A stretch of DNA of 27,446 nucleotides from Nodularia chucula CCY0103 (GCF_963923915.1 NZ_CAWUOL010000071.1:1-27446), one strand, 5' to 3'; counted from the stretch's first letter, positions 8,650 to 17,380 are shown. Translations and numbers: made by a program. Notes: generated by a model not told the origin, from the sequence alone.

Positions 8650-9768
8650 TTAGCCACCAAAGGCAACGGGAAAGGCAAGTTTCAGCGCTGCGGTTACTAG
8701 AAGATTAACCAAAGCTAGGGGTAACAAAAACTTCCATCCTAAATCTAGCAATTGGTCAATCCGCACCCGTGGTACTGTCCAACGCAATAAGATGGCGATA
8801 AATACTAGCAAGTAGGCTTTGATTAGGGTCATGACGATACCTAAAGATGCAGTTGCTACTTGCAATACTGGATCAAGTTCACTAATTCCAAGCCAATTAG
8901 CAATGACTTCCACGGGAATGGGAAAGTCCCAACCACCCAGGTATAAAACTGCTACCATTAGGGCTGAAAGCACTAAATTGACGTAGGAACTGAGGTAAAA
9001 CAGCGCGAATTTCATCCCTGAGTATTCGGTTTGATAACCAGCGACGATTTCTTCTTCTGCTTCTGGTAAGTCAAAGGGTAGGCGTTCGCATTCTGCTAGG
9101 GCGGCTATCCAAAAAATGAGTAAGCCTACTGGTTGTCGCCAAATGTTCCAGCCAAGGATGCCATACCCAGATTGTTGGTTAACAATATCAATGGTGCTGA
9201 GACTGTTAGACATCATGACTACAGCTAACACGCTTAAGGATAGGGGAATTTCGTAGCTAATGGACTGTGCGGCAGCCCGTAAGCCACCGATGAGGGAATA
9301 TTTGTTGTTGGATGCGTAACCAGCCATTAATAAGCCTATGGGGGCAATGCTAGAAAAGGCAATCCATAAGAAGATTCCCATGCCAACGTTGGTTATGACA
9401 ATATTCTGTCCGAAGGGGACGATTAAATAGGACAGAAATACTGGTAGTACAACTAAGATGGGGCCAATGGTAAATAACCAAGGGTCGGCTTTGGCGGGGA
9501 CGATATCTTCTTTAAACACCAACTTGAGGCCATCGGCTACTGGGGCTAGTAGTCCAAAGGGTCCGATAAATTCTGGGCCAATGCGCTGCTGTACTGATGC
9601 GGAAATTTTCCGTTCTAGCCAAACACAGACTAGTACGCCTACGGTGGCTCCAATGAGCATGAGTATCATTGGTAAAGGCATCCATAGGGCTTTGGCTGCG
9701 CCGGCTGGTATGCCTAAATCCATGACGGATTGAATAAACGTTCCTTGGAGGTCAATTCCTGAATTCAT
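8650..9768 (-). CDS. ndhA: NDH-1 subunit 1
   Basis: 372-aa NuoH/ND1-family membrane protein ([52 protein letters not shown]). It is the first gene of the ndhAIGE block. Confidence 0.95.
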   Translation of the reverse strand: MNSGIDLQGTFIQSVMDLGIPAGAAKALWMPLPMILMLIGATVGVLVCVWLERKISASVQQRIGPEFIGPFGLLAPVADGLKLVFKEDIVPAKADPWLFTIGPILVVLPVFLSYLIVPFGQNIVITNVGMGIFLWIAFSSIAPIGLLMAGYASNNKYSLIGGLRAAAQSISYEIPLSLSVLAVVMMSNSLSTIDIVNQQSGYGILGWNIWRQPVGLLIFWIAALAECERLPFDLPEAEEEIVAGYQTEYSGMKFALFYLSSYVNLVLSALMVAVLYLGGWDFPIPVEVIANWLGISELDPVLQVATASLGIVMTLIKAYLLVFIAILLRWTVPRVRIDQLLDLGWKFLLPLALVNLLVTAALKLAFPVAFGG

Positions 9769-10110
9769 GTTTCCGCTCTTTTAGGTGAACTGAAGTATGA
9801 AGTGTGAAGTTATCAAGTGTAATTTTCGGCTCCTTCATGCTTCATTCTTTTATGGTGTGATGAAGACGTTTGATTGCAGATTTTTGCTAATTCCCATGCC
9901 TAGTATATCGTCGGATGGTTTTCAGCCCTTGCAGCTATACAAGAAGTTCTACTTATGGTCAGGATTGGAATTTTTTGGGCTTGAGAAGATGGGGGAGGAG
10001 AAAGATCCTCTACATCCCCCTGATGGGCTGAGTTTTGCCTAACAAGGCATGATAAATCTGTTGCCGACTTTGTGGCAATGGTTTTGTGTTTCTGAGAGTC
10101 TAACGGCTAG

Positions 10111-11247
10111 TTAACGCTGATCTATGGGTTGGTACGTAACTTCATGCTTACCGTTATAAATCTGGGTGGGTCGGAAGATGCGGTTTTCTGCGAGTTGTTC
10201 TTTCCAGTGGGCTAGCCAACCTGCAACGCGGGCGATCGCAAATATTGGTGTAAATAGGTCTGTGGGGATTCCCATTTTCCTGTACACTAAACCAGAATAA
10301 AAGTCAACATTGGGATAAATCCCTTTGCCAGGAAGTTTTTCGGCTACGACTTTTTCCATTTCTAGGGCAATGTCGTAGTATTCGTCATGGCCAAATTTGG
10401 CAAATAATTGTTCTGCCAAGTTTTGTAAGACTGTGGCTCGTGGATCTTTGACTTTGTAAACACGGTGTCCAAAGCCCATAATCTTAGCTTTTCGTTGTAG
10501 TAAGTTGTCTACATAAGGCCGGACATTTTCCACTGTGCCAATTTCTTCTAACATCTGAATTACTTCTTCGTTAGCTCCACCATGTAGAGGACCGCCTAAA
10601 GTTCCTACTGCACTAGCGACGACGGCGTAGGGGTCGGTTAAAGTGGAGGCTGTCACCCTGGCACTGAAAGTGGAAGCGTTCATTGTATGCTCAACGTGAA
10701 GAATCAAGCAGATGTCAAAAATTTTGGCCGCTAAGGGATCTGGTTCTTTCTCATTCAGCATATAGAGAAAGTTGGCGGCGTAGTCTAAGTCATCACGAGG
10801 CTTTACGGGATCGTTGCCTTTTCGCATTAACTGAAATGCGGCTACCATTGTGGGAATAGTCGCTAATAAGCGAACTACGGCATCCCGAATATAGACTGGA
10901 TTGTGTAAGTCCCGGCGGGCATAAAATAAACCTAAAGCCGCAGCTGAGGCTTGTAGGGCATCCATTGGGTGTCCGCTTTCGGGGAAGCATTTCATCATGT
11001 CCCGAATGCGATATTTTATGCGTCGGTGGTAACGAATCTCATGCTCAAACGTTTCCAATTCTTCTTTACTTGGCAGTTCACCCCAGATTAAGAGATAAGC
11101 AGTTTCCAGAAATGAACTTTTTGCTGCTAGTTCTTCAATCCGGATGCCACGATATTCTAGAATTCCCTTCTGCCCATCAACATGACTAATACTCGATTGG
11201 GCGGCGGGAATGCCTTCTAAACCAGGCTTGTATTCGCACACCATCAT
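10111..11247 (-). CDS. gltA: Citrate synthase
   Basis: 378-aa ORF with citrate synthase signatures LILHVEHTMNASTF, GPLHGGANE and MGFGHRVYKVKDPRA. Confidence 0.95.
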   Translation of the reverse strand: MMVCEYKPGLEGIPAAQSSISHVDGQKGILEYRGIRIEELAAKSSFLETAYLLIWGELPSKEELETFEHEIRYHRRIKYRIRDMMKCFPESGHPMDALQASAAALGLFYARRDLHNPVYIRDAVVRLLATIPTMVAAFQLMRKGNDPVKPRDDLDYAANFLYMLNEKEPDPLAAKIFDICLILHVEHTMNASTFSARVTASTLTDPYAVVASAVGTLGGPLHGGANEEVIQMLEEIGTVENVRPYVDNLLQRKAKIMGFGHRVYKVKDPRATVLQNLAEQLFAKFGHDEYYDIALEMEKVVAEKLPGKGIYPNVDFYSGLVYRKMGIPTDLFTPIFAIARVAGWLAHWKEQLAENRIFRPTQIYNGKHEVTYQPIDQR

Positions 11248-11358
11248 GGCAACACCATTTGCTTGTTGAAATATCTGAACACGGTAACTTACCAGAAATC
11301 ATTGTCGCTGTCACAGTTACTGATGTCACAACATTTATAGAAAAATGTTGAAAAACTG

Positions 11359-11853
11359 TTACAGCAGGTACTTGGGGGGTGTCAACCAAAACATTTGACT
11401 ATTACCCAAAGGTGAACCTATTTCTGGTAGTTTTATCCCGATCATACCTGCTTTTTTCAAGACTAAACTGTGTTTAACTTCTCCCAACAGGAGAATTTCT
11501 GCCCAACTGCTTAAATCAGGTTCATGTCCTACTAGAGCTATTTGGGTGTTTTGGGGATAATTTTTGGGTGTTAACCAGTAGTTGAGCCAACTGTCAATAT
11601 TGCCGTTGGGGGCTAGATGTGTGGATTCTTCCCAGGCGTTACTGAGTTCTGCGGCTACGAGAATTTCTGCTGTTTGGCGCGCTCTAACTAAGGGACTTGT
11701 GACGATGATATTAAATTCTAAACCGAGTTTTTTAATTCTCTGGGCAACTTTTTCAGTTTTTTGTCGTCCTTCTTTAGTAAGCGATCGCTCTTCATCTTTG
11801 ATCTCTGGTTGCCTCTCTTCAGCGATACCATGACGAATTAAGTATATTTCCAT
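11359..11853 (-). CDS. sixA: Phosphohistidine phosphatase SixA
   Basis: 164-aa ORF with the histidine-phosphatase RHG motif at the N-terminus (MEIYLIRHGIAE), SPLVRARQTAE and a later GHEP motif. Confidence 0.85.
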   Translation of the reverse strand: MEIYLIRHGIAEERQPEIKDEERSLTKEGRQKTEKVAQRIKKLGLEFNIIVTSPLVRARQTAEILVAAELSNAWEESTHLAPNGNIDSWLNYWLTPKNYPQNTQIALVGHEPDLSSWAEILLLGEVKHSLVLKKAGMIGIKLPEIGSPLGNSQMFWLTPPKYLL

Positions 11854-11870
11854 ATTTTTTTTGAATGCTG

Positions 11871-11990
11871 TTATGGATATGGTAATAGCTTTAAATTTTC
11901 AATAAACCTGTAATCCCTTTGATTTTTACTGATAAACGGGTAATTCCAGACGATGAGAATATCAGTATCAATGATGGTTAAGTTAATCAT
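11871..11990 (-). pseudogene. 39-codon stump of a PIN-domain (VapC-like) toxin gene
   Basis: Translated by hand: MINLTIIDTDILIVWNYPFISKNQRDYRFIENLKLLPYP*. The start overlaps the antitoxin stop (ATGATTAA). The N-terminus has the PIN hallmark hhhDTshLI with the first catalytic Asp. Intact PIN domains are about 130 aa, and only 130 nt separate the antitoxin from sixA. Confidence 0.5.
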
Positions 11991-12228
11991 GGGAATCTGA
12001 CCATTCACGTTCTCGAACACCACGCACCCAAGCAGTGCTGTCAGTTAAATCTTGGCGATCGCTCCACATCCCAATAAAACTATGATTAATAAAATTATCG
12101 TCTGATGACTGCGAAGCAGGTTCAACTACTGCATATCTTTGTCGTAAGAAAGCAATAAAGTCTATAACTTGACGCTGTGCTTCAGCAGGAAGGGATAAAA
12201 ACTCATTCAACAATTCTGGCTGTAACAT
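11983..12228 (-). CDS. DUF2281-type antitoxin-like protein
   Basis: 81 aa from the Met at 12228: MLQPELLNEFLSLPAEAQRQVIDFIAFLRQRY...FIGMWSDRQDLTDSTAWVRGVREREW. This is the typical DUF2281 pattern (LP...Q.V.DF..FL N-terminal part, G.W....E.WV...R..W C-terminal part). These proteins are usually partnered with PIN toxins. Confidence 0.6.
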   Translation of the reverse strand: MLQPELLNEFLSLPAEAQRQVIDFIAFLRQRYAVVEPASQSSDDNFINHSFIGMWSDRQDLTDSTAWVRGVREREWSDSHD

Positions 12229-12408
12229 TTTTATACATCTCACAAAGCAGAACTGATATCGGTCTAAAGTTATATCAATCTTAGAATAGGGGTTCGGCTT
12301 TACTCTTGGTACTCAGAGCATTTGCAGCCAACCCCCACTAAGTCAATATTTTGAGTAGGTTTCGATTAGTTGATATTACTGAGGACACCTTACACTAAAA
12401 ATACACCA

Positions 12409-13704
12409 TTACTCAGACTGAATAGGGTTATCTTGAGGATTGACTAACTTCAGTAGCTTTTGCTTGATTTGAGAATCATACACTTCCCATTTGAGTTTGG
12501 CATAGGATGAATTTTCGTTACTACCAGACAGAAAACCCATAGGAATTTCAAAACCACCTGCGCCTGTACGTCCACCGCCAAAAAATCTACCTGTGTTATC
12601 TTGTCCAAAAGCTTCTTTGATAAACTCATCCGGGTCAAGGGTAAGTTTAGCTGTTCTCAAGGAGCCAATAACTACTTCTAGCTCGTCTTCGTCGTGAACA
12701 ATACCAAAAACTACTGCGGTATGAACGTTTTCTTCACTAACTAGAAAATCAGCCGCTTGGGGGATAGCATCGCGGTCTTCGTAGCGCAGATAACCAACAC
12801 CAGCAATGGAAAAGTTATTTTGGACGATGCGATTTTTCAGCGATCGCTCAATCACATCCATTACCCGTTTAGAACGATTTGCCTGTAAAATGGCATTCAG
12901 CAGTTGAGCATCATAAAATCGACTCAGATATGCTGCCGCCATGAAATCTTCTTCTTGGGCTTGCATCAGTCGATTGGTATCTGACCGCAACCCATGCATT
13001 AAAGCTGTAGCACATTTGACGTGTTGGCCGATGCTGCTATCTAAGGCTAGTAAACCGGATTGCAGATACTGAGTAAAAATTGTTGAGGTGGCTCGCACAT
13101 TCGGACGAACATCAACAAACTCTGACTTGTGTTCCGCCTGTAAAGTATGATGGTCAATGACGGCAATTATGGGGATTCCGGCCTGCTGTACGGCTGTCAT
13201 TAGTTGACTTGTAGTTCCCTGGTTGTCAATTAAAATACAGCCTTGATAGGATGACAAATCTTTAGTTTTCAGCACTTGGGATGTCCAGCGCTGTGCGGGT
13301 AATCCTGTAAGTTTAACTAAGGCGATATTTTCCTGATGACTGAGAGTACCTGCATAAATAATCTCGCACTTGATATCATATTGCTGAACTATTAATTGGT
13401 AAGTCCAAGCACAAGATAGGGCATCTGGATCTGGGAAATCTTGTAAAATTACCAGATGACGCTCATGTCGGTGTGCTAAAAGGATTTTTTGCAGTTCCTC
13501 AGATTTATGAAAAGCCAAGGAATTTAGCCGTTGACCTCCATTTTTACCATTTCCTGGTTCGCCATTGGCTGATAATAAGGATGGCTGATTGAATGAAGCC
13601 TCCCCTGCTCTTTTGTCTATATCAGCGTCCTCTTGGCTCGGTTCTGTGGTTAATAAAAAGCTTTCTGATGGCTTTAAGGAAGAATTCAATTGCATAGGGG
13701 ACAT
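12409..13704 (-). CDS. DHH-family phosphoesterase (NrnA-like oligoribonuclease/pAp phosphatase)
   Basis: The ORF is open to 13749. I prefer the Met at 13704 (MSPMQLNSS...), which has GGAGG about 15 nt upstream. Motifs: DHH motif AVIDHH, FPDPDALSCAW (DxD-type motif) and a C-terminal Gly-rich DHHA1-like GGGRTGAGGFEIP. Confidence 0.8.
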   Translation of the reverse strand: MSPMQLNSSLKPSESFLLTTEPSQEDADIDKRAGEASFNQPSLLSANGEPGNGKNGGQRLNSLAFHKSEELQKILLAHRHERHLVILQDFPDPDALSCAWTYQLIVQQYDIKCEIIYAGTLSHQENIALVKLTGLPAQRWTSQVLKTKDLSSYQGCILIDNQGTTSQLMTAVQQAGIPIIAVIDHHTLQAEHKSEFVDVRPNVRATSTIFTQYLQSGLLALDSSIGQHVKCATALMHGLRSDTNRLMQAQEEDFMAAAYLSRFYDAQLLNAILQANRSKRVMDVIERSLKNRIVQNNFSIAGVGYLRYEDRDAIPQAADFLVSEENVHTAVVFGIVHDEDELEVVIGSLRTAKLTLDPDEFIKEAFGQDNTGRFFGGGRTGAGGFEIPMGFLSGSNENSSYAKLKWEVYDSQIKQKLLKLVNPQDNPIQSE

Positions 13705-14288
13705 CTTGATACGTGTGAGCCTCCATTGATTTGTAAAGAAATAATACAACCAACATTAATCTGTTTGGGAGACAGATTCTGATCTTGGCAAAAATATAGG
13801 GTTGTTGGCATACTTATATGGGTCTATTTTTCGCCATTTTATTAGTCAGCAATCTGCTATTTTCTGCAAATTGCCTGATCAAGTGAAGATAAAGATTTGT
13901 AATTTCAAAGATGATCTGTATTTTTAACTACCACAAGAGTTTGTGACTATATCCCTAGTTTTACCGGAATATTTCGGACTCATTGTGTTATTTTACAATA
14001 TTTTGGGGTAGGATAAATACCTTCTAAATATTTTTTCTGAAAATTGGACATAATCATCCCATAGATGCAGCAAAGCATCCTAGATTCTTTGTAGCCCAAT
14101 TTTTTCAAGCCAGAAAAGTCCCTAATCTCAAGGGTTGCATGATCTGTTTGCGGGCTATTAAGCGCTGTCAGTCGCTGTCACTACCCCAAGGCTAAAAATT
14201 GTGATTGATCGTGTTTAAAGCACAGCATGAATTTCACACCCTTAACGGGTGAGCATGATGGCAGCTTTTAAAACTTACTCTGGTAGCC

Positions 14289-14786
14289 TCAAAGACCAAT
14301 TACATATTTTTGCCACTCGTTATGTAGTCCACTCTTGAGATGTTTACTCACCTCAAAATAAAGGCTACTATAAGGTTGCCTTGGAGGATGACGCAAAGGC
14401 ATATGGGCTTCGTAGGGTGTGCGGTTCCCTTTTTTGACATTACAACGGACACAGGCTGTAACAATGTTTTCCCAGGTGTCGCCTCCCCCACGCGATCGCG
14501 GTATTACATGATCTAATGTTAATTCGTCCCCGGTATAACCGCAGTACTGACAGGAGTGGCTGTCACGGTGCAGGATATTTCGGCGAGTGAGAGGAATTTC
14601 CTTGTAGGGTACGCGCACGTAATGGCGCAACCGAATTACAGTCGGTAGAGGAAAATCTGAATACAGAAACTTACCATTATGCTCTATGCGTTCCGCTTTG
14701 CCTTTAATGAGCAGAATCGCAGCTCGTCGCCAACTAGTGATGTTGAGCGGTTCGTAAGACGCGTTTAGGACTAAAACCTTCCCCAT
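14289..14786 (-). CDS. Small stand-alone HNH endonuclease
   Basis: 165-aa ORF with CQYCG...LTLDHVIPRSRGGGDTWENIVTACVRCNVKKGNRTP (HNH with a Cys4 zinc scaffold). Confidence 0.9.
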   Translation of the reverse strand: MGKVLVLNASYEPLNITSWRRAAILLIKGKAERIEHNGKFLYSDFPLPTVIRLRHYVRVPYKEIPLTRRNILHRDSHSCQYCGYTGDELTLDHVIPRSRGGGDTWENIVTACVRCNVKKGNRTPYEAHMPLRHPPRQPYSSLYFEVSKHLKSGLHNEWQKYVIGL

Positions 14787-14877
14787 GGGTTAACGCTCGA
14801 GGTATTAGTTTTACATATATTAACACAAATATATTCTTCTGGGGAGATGAGAATAATTTATACTTTCGGAATGATTT

Positions 14878-14937
14878 GGGGACTGGGGACTGGGGACTGG
14901 GGACTGGGGACTGGGGACTGGGGACTGGGGACTGGGG
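14878..14937 (-). repeat. STRR1 heptamer array in the opposite orientation (GGGGACT x8 plus GGGG on the + strand)
   Basis: Eight perfect GGGGACT units, the reverse complement of AGTCCCC (the CCCCAGT register). It lies in the divergent HNH/alr intergenic region. Confidence 0.9.
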
Positions 14938-15025
14938 CGTGTTTTCAAAGTCTAGAAGTAGGTTGGGTTTGAAAACAATCACTAGGAGTAGGGGGAAAAT
15001 AGGCAAATCTAAGAGTTGACCCAAT

Positions 15026-15050
15026 AATTACGAATTACGAATTACGAATT
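15026..15050. repeat. Short heptamer tandem repeat (AATTACG x3 plus AATT)
   Basis: Direct reading of aattacgaattacgaattacgaatt. A single related copy (gaattacgaat) lies near 7953 in the ndhI-ndhG spacer. Confidence 0.7.
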
Positions 15051-15184
15051 AGTTTGTCCCTCTTGTATAAAGTCCCTAATCGACGTAAACTTCCTGATTA
15101 ACTCTGATGTCGCTGCTAACAGTGTGAATAAAAATTTATAGAGGATCACTGAAGCTCAAGAGTGGTGTGATAGGAGTATAGAAA

Positions 15185-16372
15185 ATGTTAAGTGGCAAGG
15201 AAACCCCTACCTTTACTGACCAACAACAGTGTGATGCTTATGCTTGGTTCTCCCAACGGGCTTGGGTGGAAATTGATTTAGGGGCGTTATCTCATAATAT
15301 CCGGCAATTAGTCCAGTTTTTATCGCCACGGACTCAATTGATGGCTGTGGTAAAAGCTGATGCTTACGGACATGGATCTGTGACGGTGGCTCAAACAGCA
15401 CTGGAATCAGGAGCGCGTTGGCTAGGTGTGGCTACTGTTCCAGAGGGGATTCAATTAAGGCAAGGTGGGATCAAAGCTCCTATTTTGATTTTAGGTGCAG
15501 CCCACACACCAGAGCAAATTCAGGCGATCGCTCACTGGAAACTCCAGCCAACTTTGTGCAGTCCTCAACAAGCCCTAATTTTTTCCAATATTTTAGAAAC
15601 CATTAATGATGGCTCTCCTCTACCCGTACACATTAAATTAGACACGGGAATGTCTCGCTTGGGGACTAACTGGGAAGATGCTGTGGAGTTCGTCCAGTTG
15701 GTGAAAAACTTACCTCACCTTAATATTGCCAGCATTTATTCTCACTTGGCTACGGCGGATGATATAGATACCAGATTTATGCAAGAACAGCATAAACGAT
15801 TTGAGTGGGCGATCGCCCAACTAAAAAGCATCGGTATTCATCCACCTTGCTTACACTTAGCTAACTCAGCCGCCACACTCACCAATCCGGCGTTACATTA
15901 CGACATTGTACGTGTCGGGTTAGCTATCTATGGACTTTATCCAGCCACTCATCTACAAAATACAATTAACCTCAAGCCAGTTTTGCAACTGAAGGCGCGA
16001 GTAACTCAAGTCAAAACAATCGCCGCAGCTACTGGAGTGAGTTACGGACAACAATTTATTTCACCCCAGGAAATGCGCCTAGCGGTGGTTGGTATTGGTT
16101 ACGCTGATGGAGTTGCGCGCCATCTTTCCCAGAAAATGCAAGTGTTAATTCGTGGTCAGCGCGTGCCACAAATTGGCACAATTACTATGGATCAGTTAAT
16201 GCTAGATGTCAGCGCTATTCCCGATTTACAAGCTGGAGAAGTAGTTACCCTCCTGGGACAACAAGGACGAGAACAAATTTCGGCTAATGATTGGGCGGAA
16301 AAATTAAACACTATTTCTTGGGAAATTCTCTGCGGATTTAAGCATCGTTTGCCTCGTGTGGCAGTAATGTGA
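15185..16372 (+). CDS. alr: Alanine racemase
   Basis: 395-aa ORF with the PLP-lysine motif AVVKADAYGHG, an N-terminal WVEIDLGAL.HN segment, and a C-terminal GYADG / ITMDQLMLDV segment. Confidence 0.9.
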   Translation: MLSGKETPTFTDQQQCDAYAWFSQRAWVEIDLGALSHNIRQLVQFLSPRTQLMAVVKADAYGHGSVTVAQTALESGARWLGVATVPEGIQLRQGGIKAPILILGAAHTPEQIQAIAHWKLQPTLCSPQQALIFSNILETINDGSPLPVHIKLDTGMSRLGTNWEDAVEFVQLVKNLPHLNIASIYSHLATADDIDTRFMQEQHKRFEWAIAQLKSIGIHPPCLHLANSAATLTNPALHYDIVRVGLAIYGLYPATHLQNTINLKPVLQLKARVTQVKTIAAATGVSYGQQFISPQEMRLAVVGIGYADGVARHLSQKMQVLIRGQRVPQIGTITMDQLMLDVSAIPDLQAGEVVTLLGQQGREQISANDWAEKLNTISWEILCGFKHRLPRVAVM

Positions 16373-16451
16373 AGATATAGGGCATGGGGAAAATGATTTT
16401 CTCTTTTCCTCTTCCCATATAATTTTTTTTGTGCTAGTATTAGATACTGAT

Positions 16452-16533
16452 GCGGATGTGGCGAAATTGGCAGACGCGCTAGATTTAGGTTCTAGTTCCG
16501 CAAGGAGTGAAGGTTCAAGTCCTTTCATCCGCA
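16452..16533 (+). tRNA. tRNA-Leu (anticodon UAG), class II with long variable arm; CCA not encoded
   Basis: Folded by hand. Acceptor GCGGATG/CATCCGC plus discriminator A. D arm GCG-AAATTGGCAGA-CGC. Anticodon arm CTAGA-TTTAGGT-TCTAG (anticodon TAG). Variable arm TCC-GCAA-GGA. T arm GAAGG-TTCAAGT-CCTTT. Total 82 nt. Confidence 0.9.
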
Positions 16534-16550
16534 TTTTGAAGAGTTGATTC

Positions 16551-16580
16551 ACCTCCAAGAATTATTTCTTGGAGGTTTTA
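16551..16580 (+). terminator. Intrinsic terminator after tRNA-Leu
   Basis: ACCTCCAAGAA-TTA(T)-TTCTTGGAGGT, a perfect 10-11 bp stem followed by TTTTA. It starts 18 nt after the tRNA. Confidence 0.75.
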
Positions 16581-16769
16581 ACTTTACATATATTTTTTGT
16601 TGCCAAAGTATTAATATATTTGAACTCCTCACCTTTGGATACTCTGGGAGTCAGGAGAAAGAAGATAGTATGCGATCGCCTTACCCCCGATTTCTCACAA
16701 AGAAATCAAAAAAAGGGGTCAAAAACTGCGAAAATGTATATATACAAAGCATTTCAGCAGTTAAAAAGC

Positions 16770-17281
16770 ATGACCCCAATCATAACAGATTGTATACCAA
16801 AACAGTTCACTTTTGAACAAGAAAAATTACCGCCAGTAGTAGTAAATTTCCAGGGTGGGTTAGTCACATCTGATGCCGGATTAAGCTTAATTGCGGATAT
16901 AGATCGAAAACGGCAAATCACATCAAGATTAGCTCAATGTTTCCAAGATTACCGAGAGCAGAATCGCAGTTTACGTCATGATCCAATGTTTGCTTTAGCT
17001 CTAAAAAAAAGAATAGGTCAAAAAAAATCAACCCGTTATATTGGCAGGTAAAAGTACATTTATCGGTTACATTTTAATGAATGCGTTACGAAGCCAATGT
17101 TTGGTTAAAACCGAATTACAAAATGCTCAAGTTGGAACTATATGGCTACGCCACGCTACGCGAACGTACCAAATTATTGAAATTAGGAGCATTGATTACT
17201 GTGAGTACGCGGCGAGTTTTAATTGTGATTAATAGTTCTTGTCCCTACAAGCATATCTATGCTGCTGCCTACCGTCGCTGA
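16770..17281 (+). pseudogene. Internally deleted IS1380-family (DDE_Tnp_1_4-type) transposase remnant; non-autonomous IS derivative
   Basis: Three frames carry pieces of one transposase. (1) The N-terminus MTPIITDCIPKQFTFEQEKLPPVVVNFQGGLVTSDAGLSLIADIDRKRQITSRLAQCF.DYR (compare the IS1380 F.GG.LTS.AGL.LL motif). (2) LRHDPMFALAL and LAGKSTF. (3) The extreme C-terminus TELQNAQVGTI / KLLKLGALITVSTRRVLIVINSSCPYKHIY. The whole catalytic DDE core (about 300 aa) is missing. Element ends were not determined. Confidence 0.65.
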
Positions 17282-17345
17282 CAATTATTACTAAATTACG
17301 GTTAATTCTCTTGGGGCAATTATTCGTGAATTGTTCGCTAAAAGT

Positions 17346-17380
17346 TAGACTTGAGAAAAAGTTTTTCTCAAGTCTATTTT
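17346..17380 (+). terminator. Strong hairpin plus T-run (terminator-like; could also be an end structure of the IS remnant)
   Basis: TAGACTTGAGAAAA-agt-TTTTCTCAAGTCTA, a perfect 14-bp stem followed by TTTT. Confidence 0.5.

Noticed and set aside
9797-10042. 81-aa ORF (+) in the ndhA-gltA spacer, and the GGGGGAGGAG...CCTCTACATCCCCC hairpin at 9991-10020.
   Set aside because: The ORF has no RBS or recognisable features and lies in the ndhA promoter region. The hairpin is not followed by a U-run on either strand, so I did not call it a terminator.
13705-13749. N-terminal extension MYYFFTNQWRLTRIK on the DHH phosphoesterase, from the longest-ORF start.
   Set aside because: No RBS precedes it and the composition is odd. 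The internal Met at 13704 has an upstream GGAGG. The longer start cannot be excluded without homologue alignment.
14289-14786. HNH nuclease considered as an IscB/HEARO-type RNA-guided nuclease or as part of a restriction/defence island, given the long non-coding DNA on both sides.
   Set aside because: At 165 aa it has an HNH/zinc-finger core only. It has no RuvC or bridge-helix segments, no methylase or partner genes, and no structured omega-RNA-like sequence that I could recognise. It looks like the widely conserved stand-alone HNH protein.
14878-14937. Tandem arrays at 5773-5841 and 14878-14937 considered as CRISPR.
   Set aside because: The period is 7 nt with no spacers, and no cas genes are present. 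They are STRR1 microsatellite-like repeats.
16569-17051. 160-aa ORF considered as an intact gene.
   Set aside because: Only its second half resembles a transposase N-terminus. It ends in frameshifted remnants, and the catalytic domain is missing. It is treated as part of the IS1380-family pseudogene.
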